Below are positions 27,590 to 38,418 of a stretch of 64,000 nucleotides of DNA, one piece after another. The stretch lies in contig JAXGNR010000004.1 of NCBI GenBank assembly GCA_040767965.1, forward strand, positions 192,001 through 256,000, read 5' to 3'. The notes beneath the pieces were generated by a model, which was given only the letters and a program-made list of their open reading frames with translations, did not search any database and had not been told where the DNA came from. A program made the translations under genes and the position numbers. This DNA is from Atribacterota bacterium. GTDB lineage: Bacteria > Atribacterota > Phoenicimicrobiia > Phoenicimicrobiales > Stramentimicrobiaceae. Position 1 is the stretch's first letter. Each line of letters begins with the position of its first letter.

Positions 27590-29074
27590 TTGAATTTAAA
27601 ATCATTAATACAGGATATAAAAATTAAAGAAATAATTGGCAATACTGATATTGATATCAAAGGTATATCACAAAATTCCCAAAAAGTTCAAGATGGTTAT
27701 CTTTTTGTATGCATTGAGGGATTTTACCAGGATGGCCATAATTTTATTGCAGATGCTGTAAAAAAAGGTGCTAAGGCAATTTTAGTGCAAAAAAAAATAC
27801 CAGTTGATCAACATACTGTTTTGATTAGAGTAGAGGATACCCGTAAAGCCCTGGCTTTATTGGCTAATCGATACTATGATTTTCCTTCACAGAGAATAAA
27901 AATGATTGGGATAACAGGGACAAATGGAAAAACAACAGTAGCATATATGCTAAAGGCTATTTTTGAAGAGGCCAATAAAAAAGTTGGTTTATTAACTACT
28001 GTAGAGAATATAATAAATAATAAAAAAGTACCTTCAAAAATGACTACTATGGAGTCTCTTGATTTGCAGCAGGCATTCAGTGACATGATTGCCAGCAAAA
28101 CAGATTATTGTATTATGGAAGTATCTTCCCATTCTTTGAGCTTGTCAAGAGTAGAAGGCTGTGATTTTGATATTGCAGTTTTTACCAATATTAGCGATGA
28201 ACATTTTGAGATACATCACAATTTTCAAAATTATCTTGATAGCAAAAAAAAATTATTTCAAAATCTTACTCTAAACAGTCAAAACAGCCAGGATAAAGCA
28301 GGGATTGTTAATATAGATGAAGAATATGCAGACGAGTTTTTAAATAGTCTACAGGTAACAAAAATTACCTATGGAATTGAAAAAGATGCTATGTTTAGTG
28401 CCCAAAATATCAGGATGGATTTAAGAAAAACTAGCTTTCTTGCAAGAACACCTCAGGGAAATGCAGAAATCTTACTGAATATGAGCGGTAAGTATAATAT
28501 TTACAATTCTTTAGCTGCTATTGCAGCAGCTGTGAATCAGGGTATTCCCCTGGATACTATTGCTCTTGCATTTCAAAAATTTTCCGGTGCACCTGGAAGA
28601 TATAAATTATTAGATTACGGGCAGCCATATACTATTATAATTGATTTTGCCCACAACTTTCATGGATTGGAACATATCTTATCAACATTAGAGTTGTTTC
28701 CCAGAAATAAGATTATTACTATTTTCGGCCATGGAGGGGAAAGAGATAACCGGGTCAGAAAAAAGATGGGAAAAGTAGTTGGTACTCATAGTGATTATAG
28801 TATTATTACTGCTGATAATCCACGTAGCGAAGATCTGGAAACTATTGCCGGGGAAATAGAAAAGGGATTCCTGGAGGTAAAAAACAGTAATTATCAAATT
28901 ATTCTGGATAGATTTCAAGCTATTAAACATGCCCTTGATGTTGCTGAAAAGAATGATATAGTGCTGATTGCAGGTAAAGGCCCTGAAGATCAGCAAGTAT
29001 ATCATGATAAAACTATATACCACAATGATGAAATGGTTGTAAGGAATATTTTAAAGAACAAAGGTGGTACTTAA
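27590..29074 (+). CDS. murE: MurE ligase (DNPR motif, meso-DAP type)
   Basis: GITGTNGKTT, MEVSSH, DNPR, AGKG. Confidence 0.95.
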   Translation: MNLKSLIQDIKIKEIIGNTDIDIKGISQNSQKVQDGYLFVCIEGFYQDGHNFIADAVKKGAKAILVQKKIPVDQHTVLIRVEDTRKALALLANRYYDFPSQRIKMIGITGTNGKTTVAYMLKAIFEEANKKVGLLTTVENIINNKKVPSKMTTMESLDLQQAFSDMIASKTDYCIMEVSSHSLSLSRVEGCDFDIAVFTNISDEHFEIHHNFQNYLDSKKKLFQNLTLNSQNSQDKAGIVNIDEEYADEFLNSLQVTKITYGIEKDAMFSAQNIRMDLRKTSFLARTPQGNAEILLNMSGKYNIYNSLAAIAAAVNQGIPLDTIALAFQKFSGAPGRYKLLDYGQPYTIIIDFAHNFHGLEHILSTLELFPRNKIITIFGHGGERDNRVRKKMGKVVGTHSDYSIITADNPRSEDLETIAGEIEKGFLEVKNSNYQIILDRFQAIKHALDVAEKNDIVLIAGKGPEDQQVYHDKTIYHNDEMVVRNILKNKGGT

Positions 29075-30502
29075 ATGTTTAGGCTGAAAGATCTGGCAAG
29101 TGTTATACCAGGAGCAATTATTTTAGGGGATCCACAAACTGAATGGAAAGATATTTCCATCGACAGCAGAACAATCAAGGCAGGTGCCATTTTTTTTGCA
29201 ATACGAGGAGAAAAATTTGATGGACATCAATTTATAGTGAAAGCTTGCGAAGAAGGAGCATCAGCAATTGTTCTGGAAAATAGCTTTTATAACAATCATC
29301 AGCATTTGCATCAAGAGTTAGCCCAACCATTTTTATTAGTAGATAACACCATTGTAGCATTGCAATTATGGTCTCATTTTTATCATTCTTTATTTAAACC
29401 TCTTAATATCTGCATTACAGGCAGTAATGGCAAAACTACTACCAAAGAATTAACTGCTCATCTCTTAAAAAATAAATACCATGTCTTAAAATCACACGGC
29501 AATTTTAACAATGAAATTGGTGTGCCGTTAACTTTGCTCAATCTAAACAAGCAGCATGATGTATTAGTAATGGAGATGGCTGCACAAAAAACAGGAGAGA
29601 TTAGAGAGTTAACAAATATTGTTAAGCCGGATATAGCAATTATTACCAATATTGGCGAAGCTCATATTGGATTGTTTGGCAATAAAGAAAATATCGTCAG
29701 AGAAAAGGCTGAAATAATTTTATCTCTGAAAGATAAAGGAACAGCTATTTTAAATAGGGATGACCATTATTTTGAATATCTAAAGAGTTGTACTTCAATA
29801 CATAATGATATAATCAGTTTTGGCTTTCATACTGATGCTGATTTGAGGGCGGGAGACCTCGAGCAGGAAGAAACAGGTAATATGCAATGTAAATTGTATT
29901 ATGAAAATCAGGAATACAAGCTTTTATTGCCATTTTTAGGCCTTTTTAATATTTATAATACCTTAGCCGCTTTAGCAGTGGGAATAAAAATGCATATTGC
30001 TATTGAGGAAATGATTGAACTTCTAAAGGAATTTAATATTCCCTTAATGCATATGGAGAACCGTCAGATGCAAAATGATATAACCTTAGTAAATGATTGC
30101 TATAATGCCAATCCAACTGCTGTAAAAGAAGCTCTAAAGAGTATTGCCCATTTGCCTGGTGAGAAAAATAAAATAGCTATACTGGGAGATATGCTGGAGT
30201 TGGGAGAGCAATCCTCTTTTTATCATCAGGAAATAGGGAAAACAGTGGCAGAACTCTCTTTTGATCTTTTGTTCGTTTATGGAGATGAGGCCAGTTGGAT
30301 AGCTAAAGGAGCAAGAGAACAGGGAATGCCAGCTCAAAAAATATACCATTTTGAACGAAATAATATAGAGGGATTAGTTATAAAATTAAAAAAAGTAATT
30401 CCTCAAAATAGCATTGCTTTAATAAAAGGTTCAAGAGGTATGCAGATGGAGCAAATTTTCTGCTTATGGGAGAAATGTTCTATAGAGAAGGAGAATTGTT
30501 GA
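29075..30502 (+). CDS. murF: MurF ligase
   Basis: DSR, GSNGKTTTK, GNFNNEIGVP, DCYNANP, GDMLELG, KGSRG. Confidence 0.96.
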   Translation: MFRLKDLASVIPGAIILGDPQTEWKDISIDSRTIKAGAIFFAIRGEKFDGHQFIVKACEEGASAIVLENSFYNNHQHLHQELAQPFLLVDNTIVALQLWSHFYHSLFKPLNICITGSNGKTTTKELTAHLLKNKYHVLKSHGNFNNEIGVPLTLLNLNKQHDVLVMEMAAQKTGEIRELTNIVKPDIAIITNIGEAHIGLFGNKENIVREKAEIILSLKDKGTAILNRDDHYFEYLKSCTSIHNDIISFGFHTDADLRAGDLEQEETGNMQCKLYYENQEYKLLLPFLGLFNIYNTLAALAVGIKMHIAIEEMIELLKEFNIPLMHMENRQMQNDITLVNDCYNANPTAVKEALKSIAHLPGEKNKIAILGDMLELGEQSSFYHQEIGKTVAELSFDLLFVYGDEASWIAKGAREQGMPAQKIYHFERNNIEGLVIKLKKVIPQNSIALIKGSRGMQMEQIFCLWEKCSIEKENC

Positions 30503-30506
30503 AATA

Positions 30507-31466
30507 ATGAAAGTATTGCTATCTTTTATTATTGCTTTTATAATTCCTATTTTCTTAACTCCTTTTTTTATTAAAATTCAAAAAAAATACCGAATCGGAC
30601 AAAGAATTAGACAGGAAGGCCCTGACCTGCATCAGCATAAATCCGGAACTCCCACCATGGGAGGCCTGATGATATATATGGCAGTTGCTGTAGCATTGCT
30701 TTTCTTCCAGTCAAAAGATATCAATGTCTATATAATCTTTTTTTTATTAATCAGTTTTGGGATAGTTGGGTTTTTAGATGATTTTATAAAAAATTATAAA
30801 GAAAGATCTTTAGGATTGAAAGCAAGAACAAAGATTCTCCTGCAGCTGATTATTTGCGTGCTTTTTTTATACTGGCATAGTCAGCATAGTTCTTTTAACC
30901 AGAATATATTAATTCCTTTTTTGCATAAATCATTTTATTTACAAAAAATATTTTATATACCTTTTGTTATTTTAGTTTTTATTTCTTCGACTAATGCCGT
31001 AAATTTAACAGATGGATTAGATGGCTTGGCAACAGGATTAATGATTATTGCTTTATTTGCTTTTGCTGTTATTGCTTTTTTCCAAAAGCAAACTGAAATT
31101 CTCTTTTTTATAATTATATTGATTTCAGCCTGTGCTGGATTTTTAATATTCAATTATCATCCAGCAAGGATATTCTTAGGAGATGTAGGCTCTTTAGGAT
31201 TAGGCGGTGCATTGGCCGGGATTGCAATCCTGACCGGAACTGAATTGTATCTGCTCTTAATAGGTGGCGTCTTTGTTGCAGAAACACTTTCAGTAATAAT
31301 TCAAGTATTGTCAATAAAATATCGTAAAAAGCCTATTTTTAGGATGAGTCCGGTTCATCACCATTTTGAGCTCTTAAAATGGAGAGAAAAAAAAATAGTT
31401 TCATTGTTTTGGGGCACTGGAGTTATTCTGGCGATATTGGGAATAATTGCTTACCCTTTTTCTTAA
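30507..31466 (+). CDS. mraY: Phospho-N-acetylmuramoyl-pentapeptide transferase
   Basis: KSGTPTMGG, GFLDD, NAVNLTDGLDGLA, FLGDVGS, PVHHHFE. Confidence 0.97.
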   Translation: MKVLLSFIIAFIIPIFLTPFFIKIQKKYRIGQRIRQEGPDLHQHKSGTPTMGGLMIYMAVAVALLFFQSKDINVYIIFFLLISFGIVGFLDDFIKNYKERSLGLKARTKILLQLIICVLFLYWHSQHSSFNQNILIPFLHKSFYLQKIFYIPFVILVFISSTNAVNLTDGLDGLATGLMIIALFAFAVIAFFQKQTEILFFIIILISACAGFLIFNYHPARIFLGDVGSLGLGGALAGIAILTGTELYLLLIGGVFVAETLSVIIQVLSIKYRKKPIFRMSPVHHHFELLKWREKKIVSLFWGTGVILAILGIIAYPFS

Positions 31467-31508
31467 TTAATAAAACAGAAAAGCTTTATTTAGAAGGAAA
31501 TTACAGAA

Positions 31509-32630
31509 ATGAATATATCTGACAACAAGCAGCCTGATTATTTTTTACTGGGAATTATATTTGTTTTAATGACTTTTGGCATTATTATGGTTTTCAGTTC
31601 CAGCTATATTATGGCTTACAAATGGTATGACAACAGTTATTATTTTTTTAACAGACAGATTATCAATGCTTTTATTGCAATTTTAGCTTTTATTATTGCT
31701 TTGAATATTGATTATCATTTTTGGCAGAAAGTTGCCATTCCAGTTCTAATATTATCTATTTTATTGTTGATCTTGATATATGTCCCCGGTCTTGGTCGTC
31801 ATGTAAGAGGAGCTAAGAGGTGGTTGGATTTAGGACCTATTCCCCTGCAGCCTTCTGAATTTGCTAAATTTGCACTGGTATTATATATTGCTGACAGGCT
31901 TACCAGGAAAAATGATAGAATTATAAGCACTTTTGTGAGTGGGATTTTGCCGGTATTTATCATAACAGGATTAATATTTGTTCTGGTATACGAACAGCCC
32001 GATTTCAGTACTGCTATAGTCATAATGGGATGTTCTTTTATAATGCTATTTATAGGTGGAAGCAAAATTACTCAATTATCTGCTTTAATTCTATTAATTA
32101 TTCCTCCAGGTCTCCTTATGGCTTTGGGAAAAGAGTATAGACGGGTGAGGTTGCTTTCATTTTTAAATCCCTGGCAAGATCCCTTAAATAGCGGGTTTCA
32201 CATAATCCAATCATTGCTTGCGCTGGGTAGTGGAGGTCTTACCGGTGTAGGGATTGCTGAAAGCAGGCAAAAATATTTTTATCTTCCAGATCAGCATACA
32301 GATTTTATTTTTTCTATTATTGGGGAAGAGTTAGGTTTTATTGGAGCTGCATGTGTAATATTGCTCTTTATTATTTTTTTGTGGAGAGGATTTCGTATTT
32401 CCTTAAATGCCAGGGATAACTTTGGATTGTTATTAGCCGCAGGCATAACTTCTATGATAGTATTCCAGGCAGTGGTTAATATCAGTGTTGTTACTAAGAT
32501 AATCCCCACTACCGGAATTACATTGCCTTTTATAAGTTATGGAGGCTCATCTTTAATTGTTAACATGTTTAGTAGTGGAATTATTTTAAATATTTCTAAA
32601 TATACTGTTCAAAAAAATGGAGCTTGGTAA
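31509..32630 (+). CDS. ftsW: SEDS peptidoglycan polymerase FtsW
   Basis: GAKRW, QPSEFAK, QPDF, HTDFIF, GITLPFISYGGS. Confidence 0.95.
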   Translation: MNISDNKQPDYFLLGIIFVLMTFGIIMVFSSSYIMAYKWYDNSYYFFNRQIINAFIAILAFIIALNIDYHFWQKVAIPVLILSILLLILIYVPGLGRHVRGAKRWLDLGPIPLQPSEFAKFALVLYIADRLTRKNDRIISTFVSGILPVFIITGLIFVLVYEQPDFSTAIVIMGCSFIMLFIGGSKITQLSALILLIIPPGLLMALGKEYRRVRLLSFLNPWQDPLNSGFHIIQSLLALGSGGLTGVGIAESRQKYFYLPDQHTDFIFSIIGEELGFIGAACVILLFIIFLWRGFRISLNARDNFGLLLAAGITSMIVFQAVVNISVVTKIIPTTGITLPFISYGGSSLIVNMFSSGIILNISKYTVQKNGAW

Positions 32631-32635
32631 ATCTG

Positions 32636-33748
32636 ATGAGAATTATTATAACTGGAGGTGGCACTGGCGGACATATTTATCCTGGTATAAGTCTGGCAAG
32701 GCAATTTCAAAAAGAAAATCAGGGGAATGAAATATTTTTTGTTGGAACAGAGACCGGAATGGAAGCAGATATAATTCCCAGAGAAGGATTTAATTTTTTT
32801 TCTTTAAAAGTAAAAGGATTTAAAAGAGAAATATGTTTTGAAAATATTTCAGCATTTTTTCTTTTTTTAGGGTCTATTTTTAGTTCGGTTAAATTAATTA
32901 AAAAAATAAAACCTGATTTAGTTATTGGTACAGGAGGATATGTTAGCGGATCGATTTCTTTAGTATCAGCAATGCTGGGAGTTCCCACTTTTATCCATGA
33001 ACAAAATGCCTTACCGGGTATAACGAATAAAGCGTTATCGTTTTTCAGCAAAATAGTCTTTGCTAGTTTTCCGGAATCAGAGAAATATTTTTGGAAGAAG
33101 ACAAATATTATGTGTTTAGGAAATCCGGTAAGAGAGAACATCTGGCATGGGAATAGAGAAAAGTTAACTGATCTGGGAAAAATAAGTATAGATAAAAAAA
33201 CAATTCTTGTTTTTGGAGGAAGTAAAGGTGCAAATGCTATCAACCAGGCATTTATTGATTGCCTGAATTTGATAGACAAGGTATTATTTGCTAAATGGCA
33301 GATCTTGTTAATAAGCGGGAAAGAGGATTATGAAAATATGCAGCTAAAAATTAACAATTCCAAATATCATGACTATGTTTACATTGTACCATATCTATAT
33401 AATATAGAAGATGGTTATAACCTGGCTGATTTAGTAATTTGCAGATCTGGAGCAACAACAGTAGCTGAGCTTACAGCCTGTGGATTGCCTTCCATTTTAA
33501 TACCATACCCATATGCTACTGGCAACCATCAAATGCACAATGCTCAATACCTGGAGAAACAGCAAGCAGCAACAATAATTCCACAACAAGAATTATCAGC
33601 AAAAAGACTTGCAAGTGAATTAATGAAATTTTTAGCAAATGATGATTTTCTAAATACTATGTCTCAGTACAGTAAAAAAATAGGCAACAGAACAGCTGCC
33701 AATGACATAGTAAAAGCGATTTATGCTAGTTTAAAAAAAGAAAGATAA
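32636..33748 (+). CDS. murG: MurG glycosyltransferase
   Basis: GGGTGGHIYP, HEQNALPG..N, GNPVR, FGGSKGA, RSGATT. Confidence 0.97.
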   Translation: MRIIITGGGTGGHIYPGISLARQFQKENQGNEIFFVGTETGMEADIIPREGFNFFSLKVKGFKREICFENISAFFLFLGSIFSSVKLIKKIKPDLVIGTGGYVSGSISLVSAMLGVPTFIHEQNALPGITNKALSFFSKIVFASFPESEKYFWKKTNIMCLGNPVRENIWHGNREKLTDLGKISIDKKTILVFGGSKGANAINQAFIDCLNLIDKVLFAKWQILLISGKEDYENMQLKINNSKYHDYVYIVPYLYNIEDGYNLADLVICRSGATTVAELTACGLPSILIPYPYATGNHQMHNAQYLEKQQAATIIPQQELSAKRLASELMKFLANDDFLNTMSQYSKKIGNRTAANDIVKAIYASLKKER

Positions 33749-33838
33749 TCTTTTTTTAAACTATTTTAATAATGAAAAAAATAAGGTAAACTATTATGGT
33801 AAGGAGTAGGTGCCTTATTAAAAAAGAAAGGCGAATCT

Positions 33839-35239
33839 ATGAATATAGAAGAAAAACGTATTCATTTTATCGGAATCGGTGGAACGGGAATGAGCGGTAT
33901 CGCCTCAATTCTACTTGATTTAGGGTATAAAATAAGCGGATCTGATTTACAAAGCACAATTGTTACAAAGAGACTGATAAACAAAGGCGCTCTGATATAT
34001 AAAGGGCATGACGGAAGCCATATAAACGGGGCCAATCTAGTGGTAATATCTTCTGCCATTAAAGAAGAAAATAAAGAAATAATAGCAGCTAGAAAAAATA
34101 AGATTGAAATAATCCCTCGAGCCGAAATGCTTTCCAGAATTATGCTGCAAAAATATCGAATTGCAGTCTCAGGAACTCACGGTAAAACAACCACAACCTC
34201 TATGATAAGTTTGATACTTGAGCGAATGAACCTTGACCCAACAATTGCCATTGGTGGAGAAGTTAATGATATTGGGGGAAATGCCAAATTGGGCAAGGGT
34301 GATCATGTGGTGGTAGAGGCAGATGAAAGTGATGGATCTTTTTTGCTGCTTAACCCTAATATTGCCGTTGTTACAAATATTGAAAATGACCATCTGGATT
34401 ATTTTACCAGTTTAGAAAAAACAATTTCCAGTTTTCAGAAATTTATTGACAAAGTTCCTGATGATGGCTCTATTATTTTCGGATATGACTGTCCCAATGC
34501 CTTGCAGCTGATTAAGAAACAAGTTTCCAGAAAAAGAATTATTTCCTTTGGTTTTCATAAAAATGCTGATGTTAGAGCTGAAAATGTAAGTTTAATAGAA
34601 AACTCTTCTATTTCTAATATCTATTCTGGTAATAAAAAAATAGGAGAACTAAAGCTGAATATTCCCGGATACCATAATATTTCAAATGCTTTAGCTGCTA
34701 TCGCAACTTCAATGGAGCTGGGAATCAAGTTTGAAGATATTGCAAATATATTGTTTTGCTTTAAAGGAGTTAAGCGCCGACAAGAATTTGTTGCTGATTA
34801 TAAGGATACACTCCTGATTATCGATGACTATGGTCATCATCCTTCAGAAATTAAAGCAACTTTAAAAGCTATTAATAAAGGTTGGCCAAACCGCAGAATA
34901 ATAACTGTATTTCAACCACATCGTTATAGCAGAACTAAATTTTTACTGGAACAATTTGCCAATGCCTTTGAAGACTCTGATATGGTTATTATTAACGACA
35001 TCTATGCTGCAAATGAAAAACCAATTCCTGGAATTTCTGCAGAACTGGTATATGAAAAAGTGAAAGAGGCAAAAAGGAAAGACGTTTTTTATTTGTCTGG
35101 CAGAAAGGAAACCAATGCCTTTCTTTCTGAAAATATCCAGAAAGGTGATATAGTAATAACAATGGGGGCCGGGGACGTCTGGAAAATAGGAAAGGACCTG
35201 GCAAAAGAAAAAAGAAATATCAAAATAAAACAGGTATGA
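33839..35239 (+). CDS. murC: UDP-MurNAc-L-Ala ligase
   Basis: HFIGIGGTGMSG, GTHGKTTT, EADESD, DDYGHHP, FQPHRY. Confidence 0.97.
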   Translation: MNIEEKRIHFIGIGGTGMSGIASILLDLGYKISGSDLQSTIVTKRLINKGALIYKGHDGSHINGANLVVISSAIKEENKEIIAARKNKIEIIPRAEMLSRIMLQKYRIAVSGTHGKTTTTSMISLILERMNLDPTIAIGGEVNDIGGNAKLGKGDHVVVEADESDGSFLLLNPNIAVVTNIENDHLDYFTSLEKTISSFQKFIDKVPDDGSIIFGYDCPNALQLIKKQVSRKRIISFGFHKNADVRAENVSLIENSSISNIYSGNKKIGELKLNIPGYHNISNALAAIATSMELGIKFEDIANILFCFKGVKRRQEFVADYKDTLLIIDDYGHHPSEIKATLKAINKGWPNRRIITVFQPHRYSRTKFLLEQFANAFEDSDMVIINDIYAANEKPIPGISAELVYEKVKEAKRKDVFYLSGRKETNAFLSENIQKGDIVITMGAGDVWKIGKDLAKEKRNIKIKQV

Positions 35240-35246
35240 AGGGTAA

Positions 35247-36161
35247 ATGCTTGATAAGAGATTAATTTGGGAAGAAATAAAGAAGCATAATTTAGGAAAT
35301 GACATTCATAAGGATGAGTTATTAAAATATCATACATCCTGGAAAATTGGAGGTTTTGCTGACTTTTTTTCTGTTCCACAAAACTTAGAAACACTGAAAA
35401 ATATTATAACATTTTCCATAGAACATGAATTGCCTGTTTATATTATTGGTAATGGCTCTAATATTTTAGTTCCTGATGATGGGATTCGGGGTCTAGTTTT
35501 AAAAATATCCGGTACTCTCGACAAAATAGAATATTCTGGTAAAATGATGAAAACAGGGGCCGGCGTACTCTTGCCTTCACTGGTAAGAAAAACAGTACAA
35601 AGTGAATTAAGCGGCCTAGAATTTGCTGCACATATACCGGGAACTTTAGGAGGAGCCCTCTCTAATAATGCCAGCTTTGGCTCAAAGTCTATTTCAGATA
35701 TTGTTCATAAAATAGTCATTCTGGATTTTCAAGGGAACATTAAAGAAATAGAGAAAGCACAATGTAATTTTTTTTACAGAGGGCTTGATATAGGGCTAGA
35801 TAGATATGTTATCTTAACAGCTTATTTGCTTATGCAGCAAGATAATAAAGATAACATAATAGCTAAGATCAAAGAAGTTTATGATAAAAGAAAAAAAACA
35901 CAGCCTACTGAATATTTAACAGCAGGATGTATCTTCAAAAATTCTTCCTACAGCCCTGCTGGTTATTTAATTGAAAAATCAGGGGCGAAAGGCCTGATAA
36001 TCGGCGACGCCCAGGTATCTGAAAAGCATGCTAATTTTATTATTAATAAAGGCAATGCAAGCAGCAAAGATATATTGTTATTAATAGAGGCTATAGAAAA
36101 AAAAGTTAAAAAAGAGTTTGGAATTACTCTGGAACGCGAAATAGAATTTATTGGTTTTTAA
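35247..36161 (+). CDS. murB: UDP-N-acetylenolpyruvoylglucosamine reductase
   Basis: IGG.A, GNGSNIL, GLEF..IPG, AGCIFKN, HANFIIN, LEREI. Confidence 0.96.
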   Translation: MLDKRLIWEEIKKHNLGNDIHKDELLKYHTSWKIGGFADFFSVPQNLETLKNIITFSIEHELPVYIIGNGSNILVPDDGIRGLVLKISGTLDKIEYSGKMMKTGAGVLLPSLVRKTVQSELSGLEFAAHIPGTLGGALSNNASFGSKSISDIVHKIVILDFQGNIKEIEKAQCNFFYRGLDIGLDRYVILTAYLLMQQDNKDNIIAKIKEVYDKRKKTQPTEYLTAGCIFKNSSYSPAGYLIEKSGAKGLIIGDAQVSEKHANFIINKGNASSKDILLLIEAIEKKVKKEFGITLEREIEFIGF

Positions 36162-36175
36162 AAACAGATGATGAT

Positions 36176-37041
36176 ATGAAATTTAGAGCTTACCAGAAAG
36201 TTTCGAACTATAATATTAAGTTTAGACAAGAGGGTTTGCCGGTATAAGATATCAGGATTCAGATGAATTTGAAGAAATCTCATCAATAGATGAACAAGAA
36301 AATAGCGGGAAAATAAATTTTTTTAAAGTTCTTTTTTATTATATTACAATTGGATTTGTGGGTTGGGCATTTTTTAGCTTTATCTTTACATCTGCCTGGT
36401 TTAATATAAAAAGCGTAGAAATTGACGGAAATAGCTATCTTAGCAGTAATAGTATTATAAAATATGGTGAAATTGATTTTAATACTAATATTTTTCATTT
36501 TAATATCAAAAAAGCAAATCAAAATTTACTTTCTAACCCTTGGATAAAAGAAGTTAATATCAGAAAAAAATTACCAAATAAACTGGAGATAGCTTTAATA
36601 GAAAGAAAACCTGCTAATATTGTAATATATAATGATCTTTTTTACCTGATTAGTCAGGAAGGGATTATTTTATCAATATTAGAAAATTATAATAATGAAT
36701 TAGGATTATACATTATAAGTGGTCTGAACCTGGAATATAAAAAAGAAGGGGAATCAATTTTTGGCTCATTATACCAGGAAATTCAAAATATTATTTATGC
36801 CCTGGACAATGTTTTCCCAAAACAGTTTTATAAAATAAAAATGGTGGCAGAAGATGAATTTCTTTTGTATCATAGAATAAGTGAGATTATTGTCAGGATT
36901 GAAAATGGAGACAGGCTAATTAACGAGTGGTATCTATTGGAGAGGGCGCTTCAAAGAGTAATACAGGAAAAAATCCCGATAGAAGAAATCAACATGAAAT
37001 ACAGGGATAGGCTGTCAATTATTTTAAAAGAAGAATTATAA
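36176..37041 (+). CDS. ftsQ: Cell division protein FtsQ/DivIB; N-terminus apparently frameshifted
   Basis: POTRA (FNIKSVEIDGN...NPWIKEVNIRKKLPNKL..ER.P); frame 1 open from 36226 without a start codon until mid-TM, ATG 36176 lies in frame 2. Confidence 0.8.
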
Positions 37042-37115
37042 GATATATAAATTGGATAATGTTCTTGATAATTATCTGAAATTTATTGCATGATTAGACA
37101 TGCAGGAGGTTGTTT

Positions 37116-38348
37116 ATGAGAGGTGAGATACTAGTAGCCGGTTTAGACATTGGAACAAACAACACTAACACTTTAATTGCGGAGGTGGGTGATGATAACC
37201 TGGTTGAAATCGTCGGTGTTGGCTCTGTTCCATCAAAGGGTGTTAAAAGAGGTGTTATTATTGACTTAGACCAGGCAGCAGAAGCCGTAAAAGAATCAAT
37301 TAGCAATGCTGAAAGAATGGCTGGAGCAAAGATTGAATCTGCCGTAGTGGCAATAAATGGAAGCCATATTTCTTCTTTTAATAGCCAGGGAGTGGTAGCA
37401 ATATCAAAGGAGCATCCTGAAATAGAAGAAGAAGATATAGAAAAGGTAATAGAGGCAGCCAAGGCAGGTGTTATTTCTCCTGAAAGAGAACTAATCCATA
37501 TACTTCCAAGAGAATTTATTCTGGACGGACAAAAGGGCATTCAGGATCCCTTGGGAATGGTTGGTTCGAGACTGGAAGGGAAGGTACACATTATTACCGG
37601 TTCTGTTACTGCTGTTAAAAATTTATTAAAATGTATGGAAATGGTTAATATAGATGTAGATGAATTAATTTTTGGCAATTTGGCTTCCAGTAATGCTATT
37701 TTGACTAAAACAGAAAAAGAATTAGGTGTTTTGCTTGTGGATATCGGGGCTGGTTCAGCTGATATTTCTGTTTTCATCAATAACAATATGGCTTATTCTT
37801 CTGTACTGCCTTTAGGCGGTATGCAAATAACAAATGATCTTGCTATTGGCTTAAAATCTTCAATTGAAGAATCTGAAATTATTAAGATAAAATATGGCAG
37901 TGTTATCGGAAAATATATTTCTCCTGATGATTTTATAGAAATGTCCAAAGCAAATGGACAGGGGAAAATTACGGTTCCCAAAAAATATTTAGTTGATATT
38001 ATTGAGCCTAGAGTACAAGAAATATTTAATATGATTAAAGATGATTTAGAAAGGGCTAATTATTATAATGCCATTACCCAGGGTGTTGTTTTAACAGGGG
38101 GTACTGCTTTATTACCGGGAATTGCTGAGTTGTCGGAAAAAGTATTTGGGAAGAATGCCCACATTGGAAAACCTAATTATAAAGGAGAACTAGGCGATCT
38201 TATTAATGAACCCAGGTTTTCTACTGTAGTTGGACTGATTGATATTGCAATTGAGCAAGAAAGCTTATACAGCTCTCAAAGATCAAAAAGAAATAAGAAT
38301 GCTACATTCTTTTCTAAGTTAACAAGCTGGATGCGAGATTTTTTTTAA
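37116..38348 (+). CDS. ftsA: Cell division protein FtsA
   Basis: GLDIGT, VDIGAG, GG..ITNDLA, GVVLTGG. Confidence 0.96.
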   Translation: MRGEILVAGLDIGTNNTNTLIAEVGDDNLVEIVGVGSVPSKGVKRGVIIDLDQAAEAVKESISNAERMAGAKIESAVVAINGSHISSFNSQGVVAISKEHPEIEEEDIEKVIEAAKAGVISPERELIHILPREFILDGQKGIQDPLGMVGSRLEGKVHIITGSVTAVKNLLKCMEMVNIDVDELIFGNLASSNAILTKTEKELGVLLVDIGAGSADISVFINNNMAYSSVLPLGGMQITNDLAIGLKSSIEESEIIKIKYGSVIGKYISPDDFIEMSKANGQGKITVPKKYLVDIIEPRVQEIFNMIKDDLERANYYNAITQGVVLTGGTALLPGIAELSEKVFGKNAHIGKPNYKGELGDLINEPRFSTVVGLIDIAIEQESLYSSQRSKRNKNATFFSKLTSWMRDFF

Positions 38349-38418
38349 AATAATAAGAAAAAAATATAAGATTAATAATCAAAGAATAATTTCCCAATAA
38401 TTGGAAGGAGGGTTAATT